64,000 nucleotides of DNA from Thermoanaerobaculia bacterium (GTDB lineage: Bacteria; Acidobacteriota; Thermoanaerobaculia; Multivoradales; Multivoraceae), in the NCBI GenBank assembly GCA_963666565.1, contig OY762911.1, positions 832,001-896,000 on the forward strand. Reading direction: 5' to 3'. Made by a program: the position numbers and the translations under genes. Under the pieces are notes generated by a model, which saw only the letters and a list, made by a program, of their open reading frames with translations, was not told the DNA's origin and did not search any database. Of this stretch, positions 1-10,247 are shown piece by piece (the stretch's first letter is position 1; each line of letters starts with the position of its first letter).

Positions 1-1415
1 TAGATCGCTCGGAGCTCCATCAGCGCGGCGAGGCGCAGACTCGGCTTGAGGTAGTCGAGGAAGCAGAGGAAGGTGCCGCCGTAGGGCCGGAACAGGCCGG
101 AGAGCGCCAGACCGTTCATCGCCGCGGCCATCGCGTGTTCGCGCACGCCGAAGCGGAAGTGGCGTGTCGGCGAACCGGCGGCGTAGTCGCCCTCGCCCTC
201 GAGCAGGGTGTTGTTCGATCCGGTCAGGTCGGCGGAGCCGCCGGCGAGTTCCGGCACCAGATCCTTGAGCGCGTTGAGCGTCACCCCGGAGGCCGAGCGG
301 GTCGCGATGGGGCCGTCCGCCGGGCCGAAGCGCGGGAGGGCGTCGCGCCAGCCGTCCGGCAGGCCGACGGCGAGACGGCGGTCCAGCTCGGCCGCCGCCG
401 CCGGGTACTCGTGGTGGTAGGACCCGAGAAGCTCCTGCCACTCGGCGGCCGCTTCGGACCCGAAGTCCGCGGCCGGCGCGAACGCGGCGCGCGCCGCGTC
501 GGGCACCAGGAACTCGGGCTCCAGCGGCCAGCCGAGGGCCTCCTTCGTGGCGACCACTTCGTCCGCGCCGAGCGGCGCGCCGTGCGAGGCGGCGGTGTCC
601 TGCTTGTTCGGGCTGCCGTAGCCGATGTGGGTGCGAACCTGGATCAGGCTCGGGCGGCCGGTTTCGGCGAGCGCCGCCTCGAAGGCAGCATCGAGAGCTT
701 CGATGTCGTTGCCGTCCTCCACGGACAAGGTGTGCCAGCCGTACGCCCGGTAGCGCCCGAGCACGTCCTCGCTGAAGCTGAGGTCGGTCGGGCCGTCGAT
801 CGTGATCCGGTTCGCGTCGTAGAGGACGTTCAGCTTGCCGAGACCGAGGTGGCCGGCCATCGAGCAGGCCTCGGAGGCAACGCCTTCCATCAGGTCGCCG
901 TCGGAGGCGATCACCCAGGTGCGGTGATTGAACAGGACGTGGCCCGGCCGGTTGAAGCGGACGGCCAGCAGTTGCTCCGCGATCGCCATGCCGACGGCCG
1001 CCGAGATGCCCTGGCCGAGCGGGCCGGTCGTGACCTCGACGCCCGGTGTCAGGCCGTGTTCAGGATGGCCCGGCGTCAGCGAGCCGTATTGCCGAAAGTT
1101 CCGGATCTCGTCCAGGCTCAGGTCGTAGCCGGCCAGGTGAAGGAGCCCGTAGATCAGCGCCGAGGCATGCCCGCACGAGAGGACGAAGCGGTCCCGGTTC
1201 GGCCACTGCGGATCCTCCGGCGCAAAGCGCAGGTACTTCGTCCACAGGAGCGCCGCCATCGCCGCCTGGCCCATCGGCGCGCCAGGATGGCCGCTGTTCG
1301 CCCGCTCGACCATGTCGACGGCGAGGAAGCGCAGCGTGTCCGTCGCCACGTCCAGCGGCTGACGTTCCGGCGGCCCGCCCGCCTCGGGCGTTCCGGCAGC
1401 CTCGACCTGACTCAT
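1..1415 (-). CDS. tkt: Transketolase (3' part runs off the window)
   Basis: Manual translation from ATG 1415: MSQVEA...[23 protein letters not shown]...[11 protein letters not shown]...TTGPLGQG...SDGDLMEG (ThDP motif)...FGVREHAM. Missing from the ORF track because it has no stop in the window. Confidence 0.95.
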   Translation of the reverse strand, partial: MSQVEAAGTPEAGGPPERQPLDVATDTLRFLAVDMVERANSGHPGAPMGQAAMAALLWTKYLRFAPEDPQWPNRDRFVLSCGHASALIYGLLHLAGYDLSLDEIRNFRQYGSLTPGHPEHGLTPGVEVTTGPLGQGISAAVGMAIAEQLLAVRFNRPGHVLFNHRTWVIASDGDLMEGVASEACSMAGHLGLGKLNVLYDANRITIDGPTDLSFSEDVLGRYRAYGWHTLSVEDGNDIEALDAAFEAALAETGRPSLIQVRTHIGYGSPNKQDTAASHGAPLGADEVVATKEALGWPLEPEFLVPDAARAAFAPAADFGSEAAAEWQELLGSYHHEYPAAAAELDRRLAVGLPDGWRDALPRFGPADGPIATRSASGVTLNALKDLVPELAGGSADLTGSNNTLLEGEGDYAAGSPTRHFRFGVREHAMAAAMNGLALSGLFRPYGGTFLCFLDYLKPSLRLAALMELRAI

Positions 1416-1508
1416 CGACGCGTGGTTCCAGTGAGTCGTGTGCGCAGCGGACGAAGGCGTGGCGAGGGGCCGGTCAAGCGCCGCCAAGCATACACAGGCG
1501 CCGATTCG

Positions 1509-2030
1509 TCAGGGCCTTGAATCGAGATAGCGGTCGACCGCCTTCTCGAGCGCGGCGCTGCGCAGCCCGTTCTCCCTGGCGCGAGCGCGGGCTTCTTCCC
1601 GATCCACGCCCTTGGCGGCCGCCAGGTAGGCGTAGTACATCGCGCCGACCCGGTTGCCCGAGGCGCAGTGGACGAGCACGGGGCCCTCCGCCTTGTCCAT
1701 CGCTTCGATGAAGCGGTCGAAGGTCTCGGGCAGCGCCAGCCGGTCGCCGTCGACCGGCAGGTTGAGGTAGGGCACGTCCAGGCTCTGGAGCGCCGCCGGC
1801 TCGTCGAAGCCCCTGTTCTCGCCTTCCGTCCGCAGATCGAGGACGAAGGACAGCCCGTCGGCCGCCAGCGCCTTGAGCTGATCCTCGGTCGGCTGGCCGC
1901 CGAAGAGGACGCCCGGTTCCGGGTGCTTCGCGCCCCGCAGGCCGTGGTCTTTCTGCTCGGCTGCCGCGGCCGGAGCGGCGAGGACGAGGGCCAGGGTGGA
2001 GAGGGCGGCAGCAAGGGACAGGTTACGCAT
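1509..2030 (-). CDS. Secreted DUF442 / tyrosine-phosphatase-like (sulfurtransferase-type) protein
   Basis: GGAGGT RBS before ATG 2030; signal peptide (MRNLSLAAALSTLALVLAAPAAA); GGQP, LDLR and VLVHCASGNR (HCxxGxR) motifs. Confidence 0.75.
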   Translation of the reverse strand: MRNLSLAAALSTLALVLAAPAAAAEQKDHGLRGAKHPEPGVLFGGQPTEDQLKALAADGLSFVLDLRTEGENRGFDEPAALQSLDVPYLNLPVDGDRLALPETFDRFIEAMDKAEGPVLVHCASGNRVGAMYYAYLAAAKGVDREEARARARENGLRSAALEKAVDRYLDSRP

Positions 2031-2049
2031 GAAGACACCTCCGCCGGAT

Positions 2050-2120
2050 GCGGGCCGGAAGGCCCGCGCACCCGGCCTTCCGCCTTCGGCGGATGCCGGC
2101 GGGGACGCCGGCCCACCCGG
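2050..2120 (-). repeat. Two REP-like hairpin units (2050-2075, 2095-2120)
   Basis: Minus strand CCGGGTGC-GCGGGCC-TTCC-GGCCCGC and CCGGGTGG-GCCGGCG-TCCC-CGCCGGC; same layout as the REP consensus elsewhere in the window. Confidence 0.75.
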
Positions 2121-2128
2121 TTTTTGCA

Positions 2129-2491
2129 TCAGAAGAACCCCAGTTCCAGTTTGGCGGCCTCGCTCATCATCGCCGGATTCCAGGTCGGATCCCAGACCAC
2201 CTCGACCTCGGCCCCGCCGACGCCCTCGACGTCGCGCACGGTGCGCTCCACGTCGCCCGGCAGCGACTCGGCGACCGGGCAGTGCGGCGAGGTCAGGGTC
2301 ATCTGCAGCTTGACGTGCGCGTTCTCGTCGATCCGCACGTCGTAGATCAGGCCGAGTTCGTAGACGTCGACGGGGATCTCCGGGTCGTAGACCGTCTTCA
2401 GGGCCTCGACGATCCGGGCGTCCAGATCGTCCATGTCGATCCCTCCGTTTCCGGGCGAAGCCGGGGAAACGCTGGTCGCCACGTCGTCCAT
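2129..2491 (-). CDS. sufT: SUF-associated DUF59 Fe-S assembly protein
   Basis: VYDPEIPVDVYELGLIY and MTLTSPHCP motifs; AGGAGG RBS before ATG 2491 (the ORF track starts at 2569). Confidence 0.85.
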   Translation of the reverse strand: MDDVATSVSPASPGNGGIDMDDLDARIVEALKTVYDPEIPVDVYELGLIYDVRIDENAHVKLQMTLTSPHCPVAESLPGDVERTVRDVEGVGGAEVEVVWDPTWNPAMMSEAAKLELGFF

Positions 2492-2589
2492 CCCTTCGTT
2501 CCTCCTGTTGCCGTGCAGCTTGCGCAGCGTGTTCGCCGCCGCGCCGCGCAGAGAACGAGCCAAGCCCATGCAGCCTGTCCGCCGGCAGT

Positions 2590-3042
2590 CTACTCGGTGG
2601 TGACGGCCTGCGAATCGCCGCCTTCAAGGGCGGCCCGCAGGGCATGCCACGCGAGCGTCGCGCACTTGATCCGGACCGGGTAGTCCTTGACGCCGCTCAG
2701 GACCTCCAGCTTGCCCAGGTCGGCGCCGGCCGCCCCGTTGCCGTCGCCGGTCATCAGGGCCAGGAAGGAAGCGATCAGCGCCTCCGCCTGCGGCCGTTCG
2801 AGGCCGCGCACGGCCTCCGTCATCAGCGAGGCGGAAGCCGTCGAGATCGCGCAGCCCACGCCCTCGAAGCTCAGGCCGTCGATCAGGTCGCCGTCGGTGC
2901 GCAGGTAGACCTTGACCTGGTCGCCGCACAGCGGGTTGTAGCCCTCGGCGCAGGCCGACACAGGTTCCAGCGCTCCGAAGTTCCGGGGCGCGCGGTAGTG
3001 GTCGAGGATGACCTGCTGGTAGAGATCGCGGAGATCGGACAT
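2590..3042 (-). CDS. sufU: SUF-system NifU/SufU sulfur-transfer protein
   Basis: LYQQVILDHY, NPLCGD, GCAIS and RIKCATLAW motifs; follows sufS. Confidence 0.92.
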   Translation of the reverse strand: MSDLRDLYQQVILDHYRAPRNFGALEPVSACAEGYNPLCGDQVKVYLRTDGDLIDGLSFEGVGCAISTASASLMTEAVRGLERPQAEALIASFLALMTGDGNGAAGADLGKLEVLSGVKDYPVRIKCATLAWHALRAALEGGDSQAVTTE

Positions 3043-3050
3043 ACCGCCCC

Positions 3051-4331
3051 TCAACCGAAGATCCGCCGCACTTCGTGCAGGCCGGAAACGAGACGGTCGA
3101 CTTCCTCGTGCGTGTTGTACAGCCCGAACGAGGCCCGCACGGTGGCCGGGACGCCGAGCCGGACCATCAGCGGCTGCGCGCAGTGGTGGCCGGCGCGGAT
3201 GGCGATTCCCTGCTCGTCGAGGATCGTTGCCACATCGTGGGGATGGGCGCCGTCGACCGCCAGCGACACGACGGCGGCCCCGGCCGGCCCGCCGCCTGGG
3301 TGCCCCAGCACCCGCACCCAGGGGAGATCGCCCAGTCGTCCCAGAGTGTGGGAGAGAAGCTCCCGCTCGTGCCGCTCGATCCGCTCCAGGCCGATCGACT
3401 CCAGGAATTCGACCGCGACGCCGAGCCCGATCGCCGGCGCGATGGCGGGGGTTCCCGCTTCGAACCGGTGCGGCGGGGCCGCGTACTCGGTGCGCTTGAA
3501 GGTGACCCGCGTGATCATCGCGCCGCCGCCGTGGTACGGCGGCATCGTCGCGAGCAGGTCGCGCCGGCCCCAGAGGACGCCGATGCCGCCGGGGCCGTAC
3601 ATCTTGTGGCCGGAGAAGGCGTAGAAGTCGCAGCCGAGCGCGGCGACGTCCACCGCCATGTGGGGGACCGCCTGGGCGCCGTCGACGACCACGGCCGCGT
3701 CCGAGCGCTTGCGCGTCAGCTCGACGATGGCGGGAATGTCGTTCACCGTGCCGAGCGCGTTCGAGACGTGGGCCACCGCGACGACCTTCGTCCGCTCGCC
3801 GATCAGCCCGGCCATCGCGCCGACATCCAGCTCGCCGTCATCGCCGATCGGGGCCGCCCGCACCCGGGCGCCGGTCCGCTCGCAGGCGAGTTGCCAGGGG
3901 ACGATGTTCGAGTGGTGCTCCATCTCGGTCAGCAGCACCTCGTCGCCGGGCCGAAGGTGCGGCCGGCCGTAGCTCTGGGCGACCAGGTTGAGGCTCTCCG
4001 TCGTGCCGCGGGTGAAGACGACCTCGTGGCTGTCCGGGGCGCCGATGAAGCGCGCGACCTTGCCGCGCGCCGCCTCGTACGCGTCGGTCGACTTCTCGGA
4101 CAGCGCGTGGACGCCGCGGTGGGCGTTCGCGTAGTAGGTCCGGTAGCACTCGCTGACCGCTTCGATGACGACTTCCGGCCGCTGCGCGCTGGCGGCGTTG
4201 TCGAGGTAGACGAGCCGGTGGCCGTGGACGTCCTGCCGGAGGATGGGGAAGGACTCGCGCAGGCGGTCGACCTCCAGCGGCTCGGCCGCCGCCGGCCGCT
4301 CGCGCTCGGCCAGGGACGCCGGCGCCGTCAT
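3051..4331 (-). CDS. sufS: Cysteine desulfurase SufS
   Basis: YLDNAAS, FSGHKMYGP (PLP Lys), RAGHHCA (group II catalytic Cys). Confidence 0.95.
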   Translation of the reverse strand: MTAPASLAERERPAAAEPLEVDRLRESFPILRQDVHGHRLVYLDNAASAQRPEVVIEAVSECYRTYYANAHRGVHALSEKSTDAYEAARGKVARFIGAPDSHEVVFTRGTTESLNLVAQSYGRPHLRPGDEVLLTEMEHHSNIVPWQLACERTGARVRAAPIGDDGELDVGAMAGLIGERTKVVAVAHVSNALGTVNDIPAIVELTRKRSDAAVVVDGAQAVPHMAVDVAALGCDFYAFSGHKMYGPGGIGVLWGRRDLLATMPPYHGGGAMITRVTFKRTEYAAPPHRFEAGTPAIAPAIGLGVAVEFLESIGLERIERHERELLSHTLGRLGDLPWVRVLGHPGGGPAGAAVVSLAVDGAHPHDVATILDEQGIAIRAGHHCAQPLMVRLGVPATVRASFGLYNTHEEVDRLVSGLHEVRRIFG

Positions 4332-5782
4332 CGACCCGCTCGTGCGCCCGCGCCGCCCGGGCCGTCGCCGCCGCGGCCGCCGCTCCGGCCACTCCCCGGA
4401 CCGCCGTTCAGGCTCGCCCGCAGCCGGGCTTCCAGATCCTGCCGGAGCGGCTCGAACGGAGTCTTCTCGACCAGCTCCCGCGCGAACGCGTAGACCAGCA
4501 TCCGGTAGGCCTCGTCGCGGCGGATGCCGCGCGCGCGCAAGTAGAAGAGCGCGTCCTCGTCGAGGCGGCCGATCGTCGAACCGTGGGTGCAGCGCACGTC
4601 GTCGGCGAAGATCTCGAGCTGCGGGTTGCTGTTGGCGAGCGCGGATCCGGACAGCAGCAGGTTGCGGTTCGTCTGCTTGGCGTCGGTCTTCTGCGCCGGC
4701 TTGTGTACGTAGATGCGGCCGTTGAACACCGAGCGCGCCCGGCCGGCGAGCACACCCTTGTAGAGCTGATGGCTCGTCGTGTGCGGCTGCCGGTGCTCGA
4801 CGCGCATGTGGTTGTCCACGAACCGGGACCCGTCGACGACGTAGAGGCCGTCCAGGATGCAGTCCGCGCCCTCGCCGTCCAGAAGCGCCACCGTGTCGTT
4901 GCGCACCAGGCCGCCGCCGAAGGCCAGCGACGAGGAGTCGAAGCGCGCCGCGCGCGCGAGCCGGGCGTGCTGGAAGCCGAGGTGGAACGCGTCCGCCGCG
5001 TCGGCCTGTAGCCGCGTGTGCCGCAGCACCGATCCGGCCTCGCAGACGAACTCCGCCGCCGGACAGACGAAGTAGCCGCCGGCGGCCGGACCGGCGGCGA
5101 AGGTCTCGACGATCGAGGCCTGGCTGTTCTCACCCGCGACCACCAGCAGACGCGGGAAGCTGACCTCGATGGCGGCGGGGCCGCCTTCGCCGGCCGAGTC
5201 GCCGGCCGATCTGCCCGCCGGCGCCGGCGCGCTGATCCAAAGGACCTGGATGGGCCGTTCGACGACGGCGCCCGCCGGGATGACGAGCGCCGCGCCGTCT
5301 TCGAACAGGCCGGTGTTGAGAGCCGCGAAGGCGTGAACGCCGGCGTCCGCGCTGCAGGAGGCCCGGCCGTCGACGCTCGCCGCCAGGTGTTCCAGGACGA
5401 CATCGCCGGCAGTCCCGGCGGCGCCGCCCGCGGCCGAGAGCCCGGCCAGCGGCACGGCCGCGATTCCCTCCGGCAGCGCCGAGGCCGCCGGCGCGAAGCG
5501 GCCGTTGACGAAGACCATGCGGCGGCAGTCCTCGTAGAGCAGCGCCGCGGCCGCCTCGACCGGCAGGCCCCCCGGCGCCGGCGACGCCACGGCCGGCGGG
5601 CGTCGAAGCAGCGGGCCCAGGTTCGTCTGCCGCCATTCCTCGTCGCGGGAGGTCGGGAAGCCGGCCTCCTCGAATCGCCCGATCGCCTCCCGCCGCCGCG
5701 CCACGAGGACCGCGGCCTCGCCGTCGCGGTGAGCGCGGAGATCCAGGTAGGGCGCGATGGAACGGCCGCTGGCGACGGTCAC
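4328..5782 (-). CDS. sufD: Fe-S cluster assembly protein SufD
   Basis: PQLEIFADDVRCTHGSTIG and LFYLRARGI motifs; position between sufC and sufS. Confidence 0.93.
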   Translation of the reverse strand: MTVASGRSIAPYLDLRAHRDGEAAVLVARRREAIGRFEEAGFPTSRDEEWRQTNLGPLLRRPPAVASPAPGGLPVEAAAALLYEDCRRMVFVNGRFAPAASALPEGIAAVPLAGLSAAGGAAGTAGDVVLEHLAASVDGRASCSADAGVHAFAALNTGLFEDGAALVIPAGAVVERPIQVLWISAPAPAGRSAGDSAGEGGPAAIEVSFPRLLVVAGENSQASIVETFAAGPAAGGYFVCPAAEFVCEAGSVLRHTRLQADAADAFHLGFQHARLARAARFDSSSLAFGGGLVRNDTVALLDGEGADCILDGLYVVDGSRFVDNHMRVEHRQPHTTSHQLYKGVLAGRARSVFNGRIYVHKPAQKTDAKQTNRNLLLSGSALANSNPQLEIFADDVRCTHGSTIGRLDEDALFYLRARGIRRDEAYRMLVYAFARELVEKTPFEPLRQDLEARLRASLNGGPGSGRSGGRGGDGPGGAGARAGR

Positions 5783-5786
5783 CGCT

Positions 5787-6542
5787 TCAGTCTCCGGAGG
5801 AACCGTCGCTCAGGCCGGCGTAGCCCTTCTCCTCGAGCTCGTGCGCCAGCCCGCTGCCGCCCGAGCGCACGATGCGCCCGTCCTGCAGCACGTGGACGCG
5901 GTCGGGCACGATGTAGTTCAGGAGCCGCTGGTAGTGGGTGATCACGACGAACGCGCGATCCTCCCTCCGCAGCGCGTTGACGCCGGCCGCGACGGTCTTC
6001 AGCGCGTCGATGTCGAGCCCGGAGTCCGTCTCGTCGAGCACGGCGAGCCTCGGCTCGAGCACCGCCATCTGGAGGATCTCGTTCCGCTTCTTCTCGCCGC
6101 CCGAGAAGCCCTCGTTGACCGGGCGCCGAAGCAGCGCCTCGTCCACGTCGACCAGCTTCGCGCGCTCGCGCAGCAACTGGAGGAAGTCCATCGCGTCGAG
6201 CTCCGCCTCGCCCCGGGCCTTGCGCACCGCGTTGACGGCCGCCTTGAGGAAGTAGCTGTTGCCGACGCCGGGGATCTCGACCGGGTACTGGAAGGCAAGG
6301 AAGAGGCCGGCGTGGGCCCGCTCTTCGGGCGCCATCTCGCTCAGGTCCTCGCCGTCGAGCTCCAGCGAGCCCGCGGTGACCTCGTAGTCCTCCTTCCCCG
6401 CGAGAACCTGAGCCAACGTGCTCTTGCCCGAGCCGTTCGGCCCCATCACCGCGTGAACCTCGCCGGCGCGCACTTCGAGGTCCACGCCCTTCAGGATTTC
6501 CTGTTCTTCGACCTTCGCGTGAAGGTCCATCACCCTCAGCAT
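5787..6542 (-). CDS. sufC: Fe-S cluster assembly ATPase SufC
   Basis: GPNGSGKST, FQYPVEIPG, GFSGGEKKRNE, LDETDSGLD. Confidence 0.96.
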   Translation of the reverse strand: MLRVMDLHAKVEEQEILKGVDLEVRAGEVHAVMGPNGSGKSTLAQVLAGKEDYEVTAGSLELDGEDLSEMAPEERAHAGLFLAFQYPVEIPGVGNSYFLKAAVNAVRKARGEAELDAMDFLQLLRERAKLVDVDEALLRRPVNEGFSGGEKKRNEILQMAVLEPRLAVLDETDSGLDIDALKTVAAGVNALRREDRAFVVITHYQRLLNYIVPDRVHVLQDGRIVRSGGSGLAHELEEKGYAGLSDGSSGD

Positions 6543-6614
6543 CTTGTTGACACTCCGTACGGCGGCAGCGAGGCCGCTTGCGGTTCCGGCAGCATCCGGC
6601 GTCCCTCAGAGGGG

Positions 6615-8062
<1,448 letters not shown>

Positions 8063-8063
<1 letters not shown>

Positions 8064-8524
8064 CAGGAACTGCTCCCGAGGGGAATCAGGGGTTCGGCGG
8101 CGCGGCCGACCGCACCGGCCATGAAGTCGGGACGGGCCATCTCGGCGATCGTGATGTCCTCCAGCGCCCCGCGCACGGCGCGGTCGATCCTCAGCCAGTT
8201 GTCGCGGACCCGGCAGAACGCCTCGTACGAACACTCGTGCTCCGAGTGCTCGCTGCACTCGGTCAGGGCGATGGGCCCCTCGAGCGCGAAGATCACGTGC
8301 GCGACGCTGATCTCGGCCGCCGAACGGGCGAGTTCGTAGCCGCCGTGTACGCCGCGGTGAGACACCAGCAGGCCGGCCCGGGCGAGCAGCTTGAGGATCT
8401 TGCTGACCATCGGCGCCGGCAGGTGCGTCTGCACCGCCAGTTCGGCGGCGGCGGCACGGCCCGTCGATGCGAGCTGGGTCATCAGAACGATCCCGTAGTC
8501 GGCTTGCTTGGTGAGTCGGATCAT
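8063..8524 (-). CDS. Rrf2-family SUF system regulator
   Basis: [30 protein letters not shown]...C...C; first gene of the suf operon. Confidence 0.9.
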
Positions 8525-8614
8525 GACGATGGACGACCGGACAGCCCAGCACGGCGGCGGGGGAAACCGAGGCCGGCAGCGTGATGCCCTCTGAACGGTT
8601 CGGCGGCGCCGCCC

Positions 8615-8639
8615 AACCGGGACCCGAATAGTCCCGATT
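8615..8639. promoter_or_regulatory. Candidate Rrf2 operator (9-7-9 inverted repeat)
   Basis: AACCGGGAC-CCGAATA-GTCCCGATT, one mismatch, overlapping the predicted suf transcription start. Confidence 0.6.
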
Positions 8640-8642
8640 CGG

Positions 8643-8670
8643 AGAGTAGCACGGGAAGGCGGCGTGTCAA
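8643..8670 (-). promoter_or_regulatory. Sigma70 promoter of the suf operon
   Basis: Minus strand TTGACA-16 nt-TACTCT with extended TGn. Confidence 0.75.
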
Positions 8671-8742
8671 TCACGGCCGAACGACGTTGCGCCAGCAGAG
8701 CACGGCCTGCCCTGCAGCGAATGTGCTACCGTGTGCGTCACC

Positions 8743-9036
8743 ATGACTGAGCCAGCCTTGAAGACGTCCAGGGTCGGCATCCGGGAACTGCGACAGAACC
8801 TGAGCGTGTACGTCCGCCGGATTCGCCGCGGCGAGCGCTTCGAGGTCACGGATCGCGGCCGCCCGGTGGGCCTGCTGCTGCCGTTCCCGAAGAAGATGTC
8901 GCCGCTGGAACGCCTGATCGCCGAGGGCCGCGCGACCAGGCCGAAGGGGAGTCTCCTGGATCTGCCGCCGCCAAGGGGCGAAGTCTCGACGAAGGCGAGC
9001 GAGGCGTTGCTCGCGGACCGCGAAGACCGGCTCTGA
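8743..9036 (+). CDS. Phd/YefM-family antitoxin
   Basis: VGIRELRQNLS...GERFEVTDRGRPV motif; directly upstream of a PIN toxin; TGcTACCGT extended -10 at 8724-8732. Confidence 0.85.
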   Translation: MTEPALKTSRVGIRELRQNLSVYVRRIRRGERFEVTDRGRPVGLLLPFPKKMSPLERLIAEGRATRPKGSLLDLPPPRGEVSTKASEALLADREDRL

Positions 9037-9042
9037 GCGGGC

Positions 9043-9432
9043 GTGATCTACCTGGACTCCTCCGCGATCGTCAAGCTCGTCCTGCCTGAGCCGGAATCGG
9101 CCGCCCTTCGCGACTATCTGGCGAGCGACGAAGACCACGTATCGAGCGGCCTCGCGCACGTCGAAGTGCAGCGAACGGTGCGGCGGGTCGACGACACGGA
9201 AGAGAGGCGTCGAGACGCGGAGCGCGTGCTCGCCCGGGTCTCCCTCATGGACATGGCCGCGCCGATCCTTGCGCGGGCGGCGGCGCTCGATCCGCCCGGC
9301 CTGCGCAGCCTGGACGCCATCCACCTGGCGACCGCGCTCTCCCTGGACGGTCTCGACGCCGTGGTCACCTACGACCGCCGCCTCGCGGAGGCGGCAACGA
9401 AAGCCGGTCTCGCCGTCGAGTCTCCGGCCTGA
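9043..9432 (+). CDS. vapC: VapC PIN-domain toxin
   Basis: MIYLDSSAIVKL...E...LRSLDAIHLA...VTYDRRL PIN acidic residues. Confidence 0.9.
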   Translation: MIYLDSSAIVKLVLPEPESAALRDYLASDEDHVSSGLAHVEVQRTVRRVDDTEERRRDAERVLARVSLMDMAAPILARAAALDPPGLRSLDAIHLATALSLDGLDAVVTYDRRLAEAATKAGLAVESPA

Positions 9433-9454
9433 AGACCGCAGCCGCCCATAGAAC

Positions 9455-10201
9455 GTGCATTGGTTCCAGACACTCGTCCTGATCTGGTGCGGGCTGACAG
9501 TGCCGGTGCTGGTCTACGGCCTGGTGGGCAAGGACCGGACCGGGCGGGTGGGCGGCCGCGCCTGGGGACCGAACATCGACCCGCGCTGGGGCTGGCTCTT
9601 CATGGAACTGTCGGCTCTGGCGGTGTTCCCGGCGGTCTACGTAGCCGCCGGGGAGCGTCACAGGGTCGGCGACGTCCTGGTCGCCCTGTGGCTGGCGCAC
9701 TACGTCCATCGCACCCTGGTGTGGCCGTTCATCGTCCAGCGTCAGGCGAGGCCGTTCCCGGCGGTCACGGCCGCCTCGGGCTTCGCGTTCAACCTCGTCA
9801 ACGGCGTTCTTCTGGGCTGGTTCATGGCCCGGTTCGCCGACTATCCGAGCGGCTGGTTCTCCGACCCGCGCTTCCTGGCCGGCGCCGCCCTGTTCGTCAT
9901 CGGAGCAGTCCTCAACGTCTCCTCCGACTACCGCCTGTCGTCGCTGCGGGCCAAGGCCTCGGGAGGGGCCGTTCTGCCGCGGGGCGGCACCTTCAAGTAC
10001 GTATCGTGCCCCAATCTGGCGGGCGAGATCGTCGAATGGACCGGCTTCGCGCTCATGAGCTGGTCGCTGCCGGGCCTGGCGTTCGCGCTGTGGACCGCCG
10101 CGAACCTGGTGCCGCGCGCGCTATGGCGGCACCGCTGGTACCGGGAGAGGTTCCCGGACTACCCGGCGAACCGGCGAGCGGTCATCCCCGGAATCCTGTG
10201 A
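9455..10201 (+). CDS. 3-oxo-5-alpha-steroid 4-dehydrogenase / steroid 5-alpha-reductase-like membrane protein
   Basis: Multiple TM segments; WLFMEL, HYVHR, VSCPNLAGEIVEW, NLVPRA, WYRERFPDYP motifs typical of the SRD5A/DET2 family. Confidence 0.85.
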   Translation: MHWFQTLVLIWCGLTVPVLVYGLVGKDRTGRVGGRAWGPNIDPRWGWLFMELSALAVFPAVYVAAGERHRVGDVLVALWLAHYVHRTLVWPFIVQRQARPFPAVTAASGFAFNLVNGVLLGWFMARFADYPSGWFSDPRFLAGAALFVIGAVLNVSSDYRLSSLRAKASGGAVLPRGGTFKYVSCPNLAGEIVEWTGFALMSWSLPGLAFALWTAANLVPRALWRHRWYRERFPDYPANRRAVIPGIL

Positions 10202-10247
10202 TCACCGGTTGCGCCCGGCCGGCTCCGCTCGGCCTGTCTCCTCGGCC

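Noticed and set aside
2096-2126. Rho-independent terminator (hairpin followed by TTTTT on the plus strand)
   Set aside because: The T-run faces the wrong way for the flanking minus-strand genes and is separated from the stem; the hairpin is better explained as a REP.
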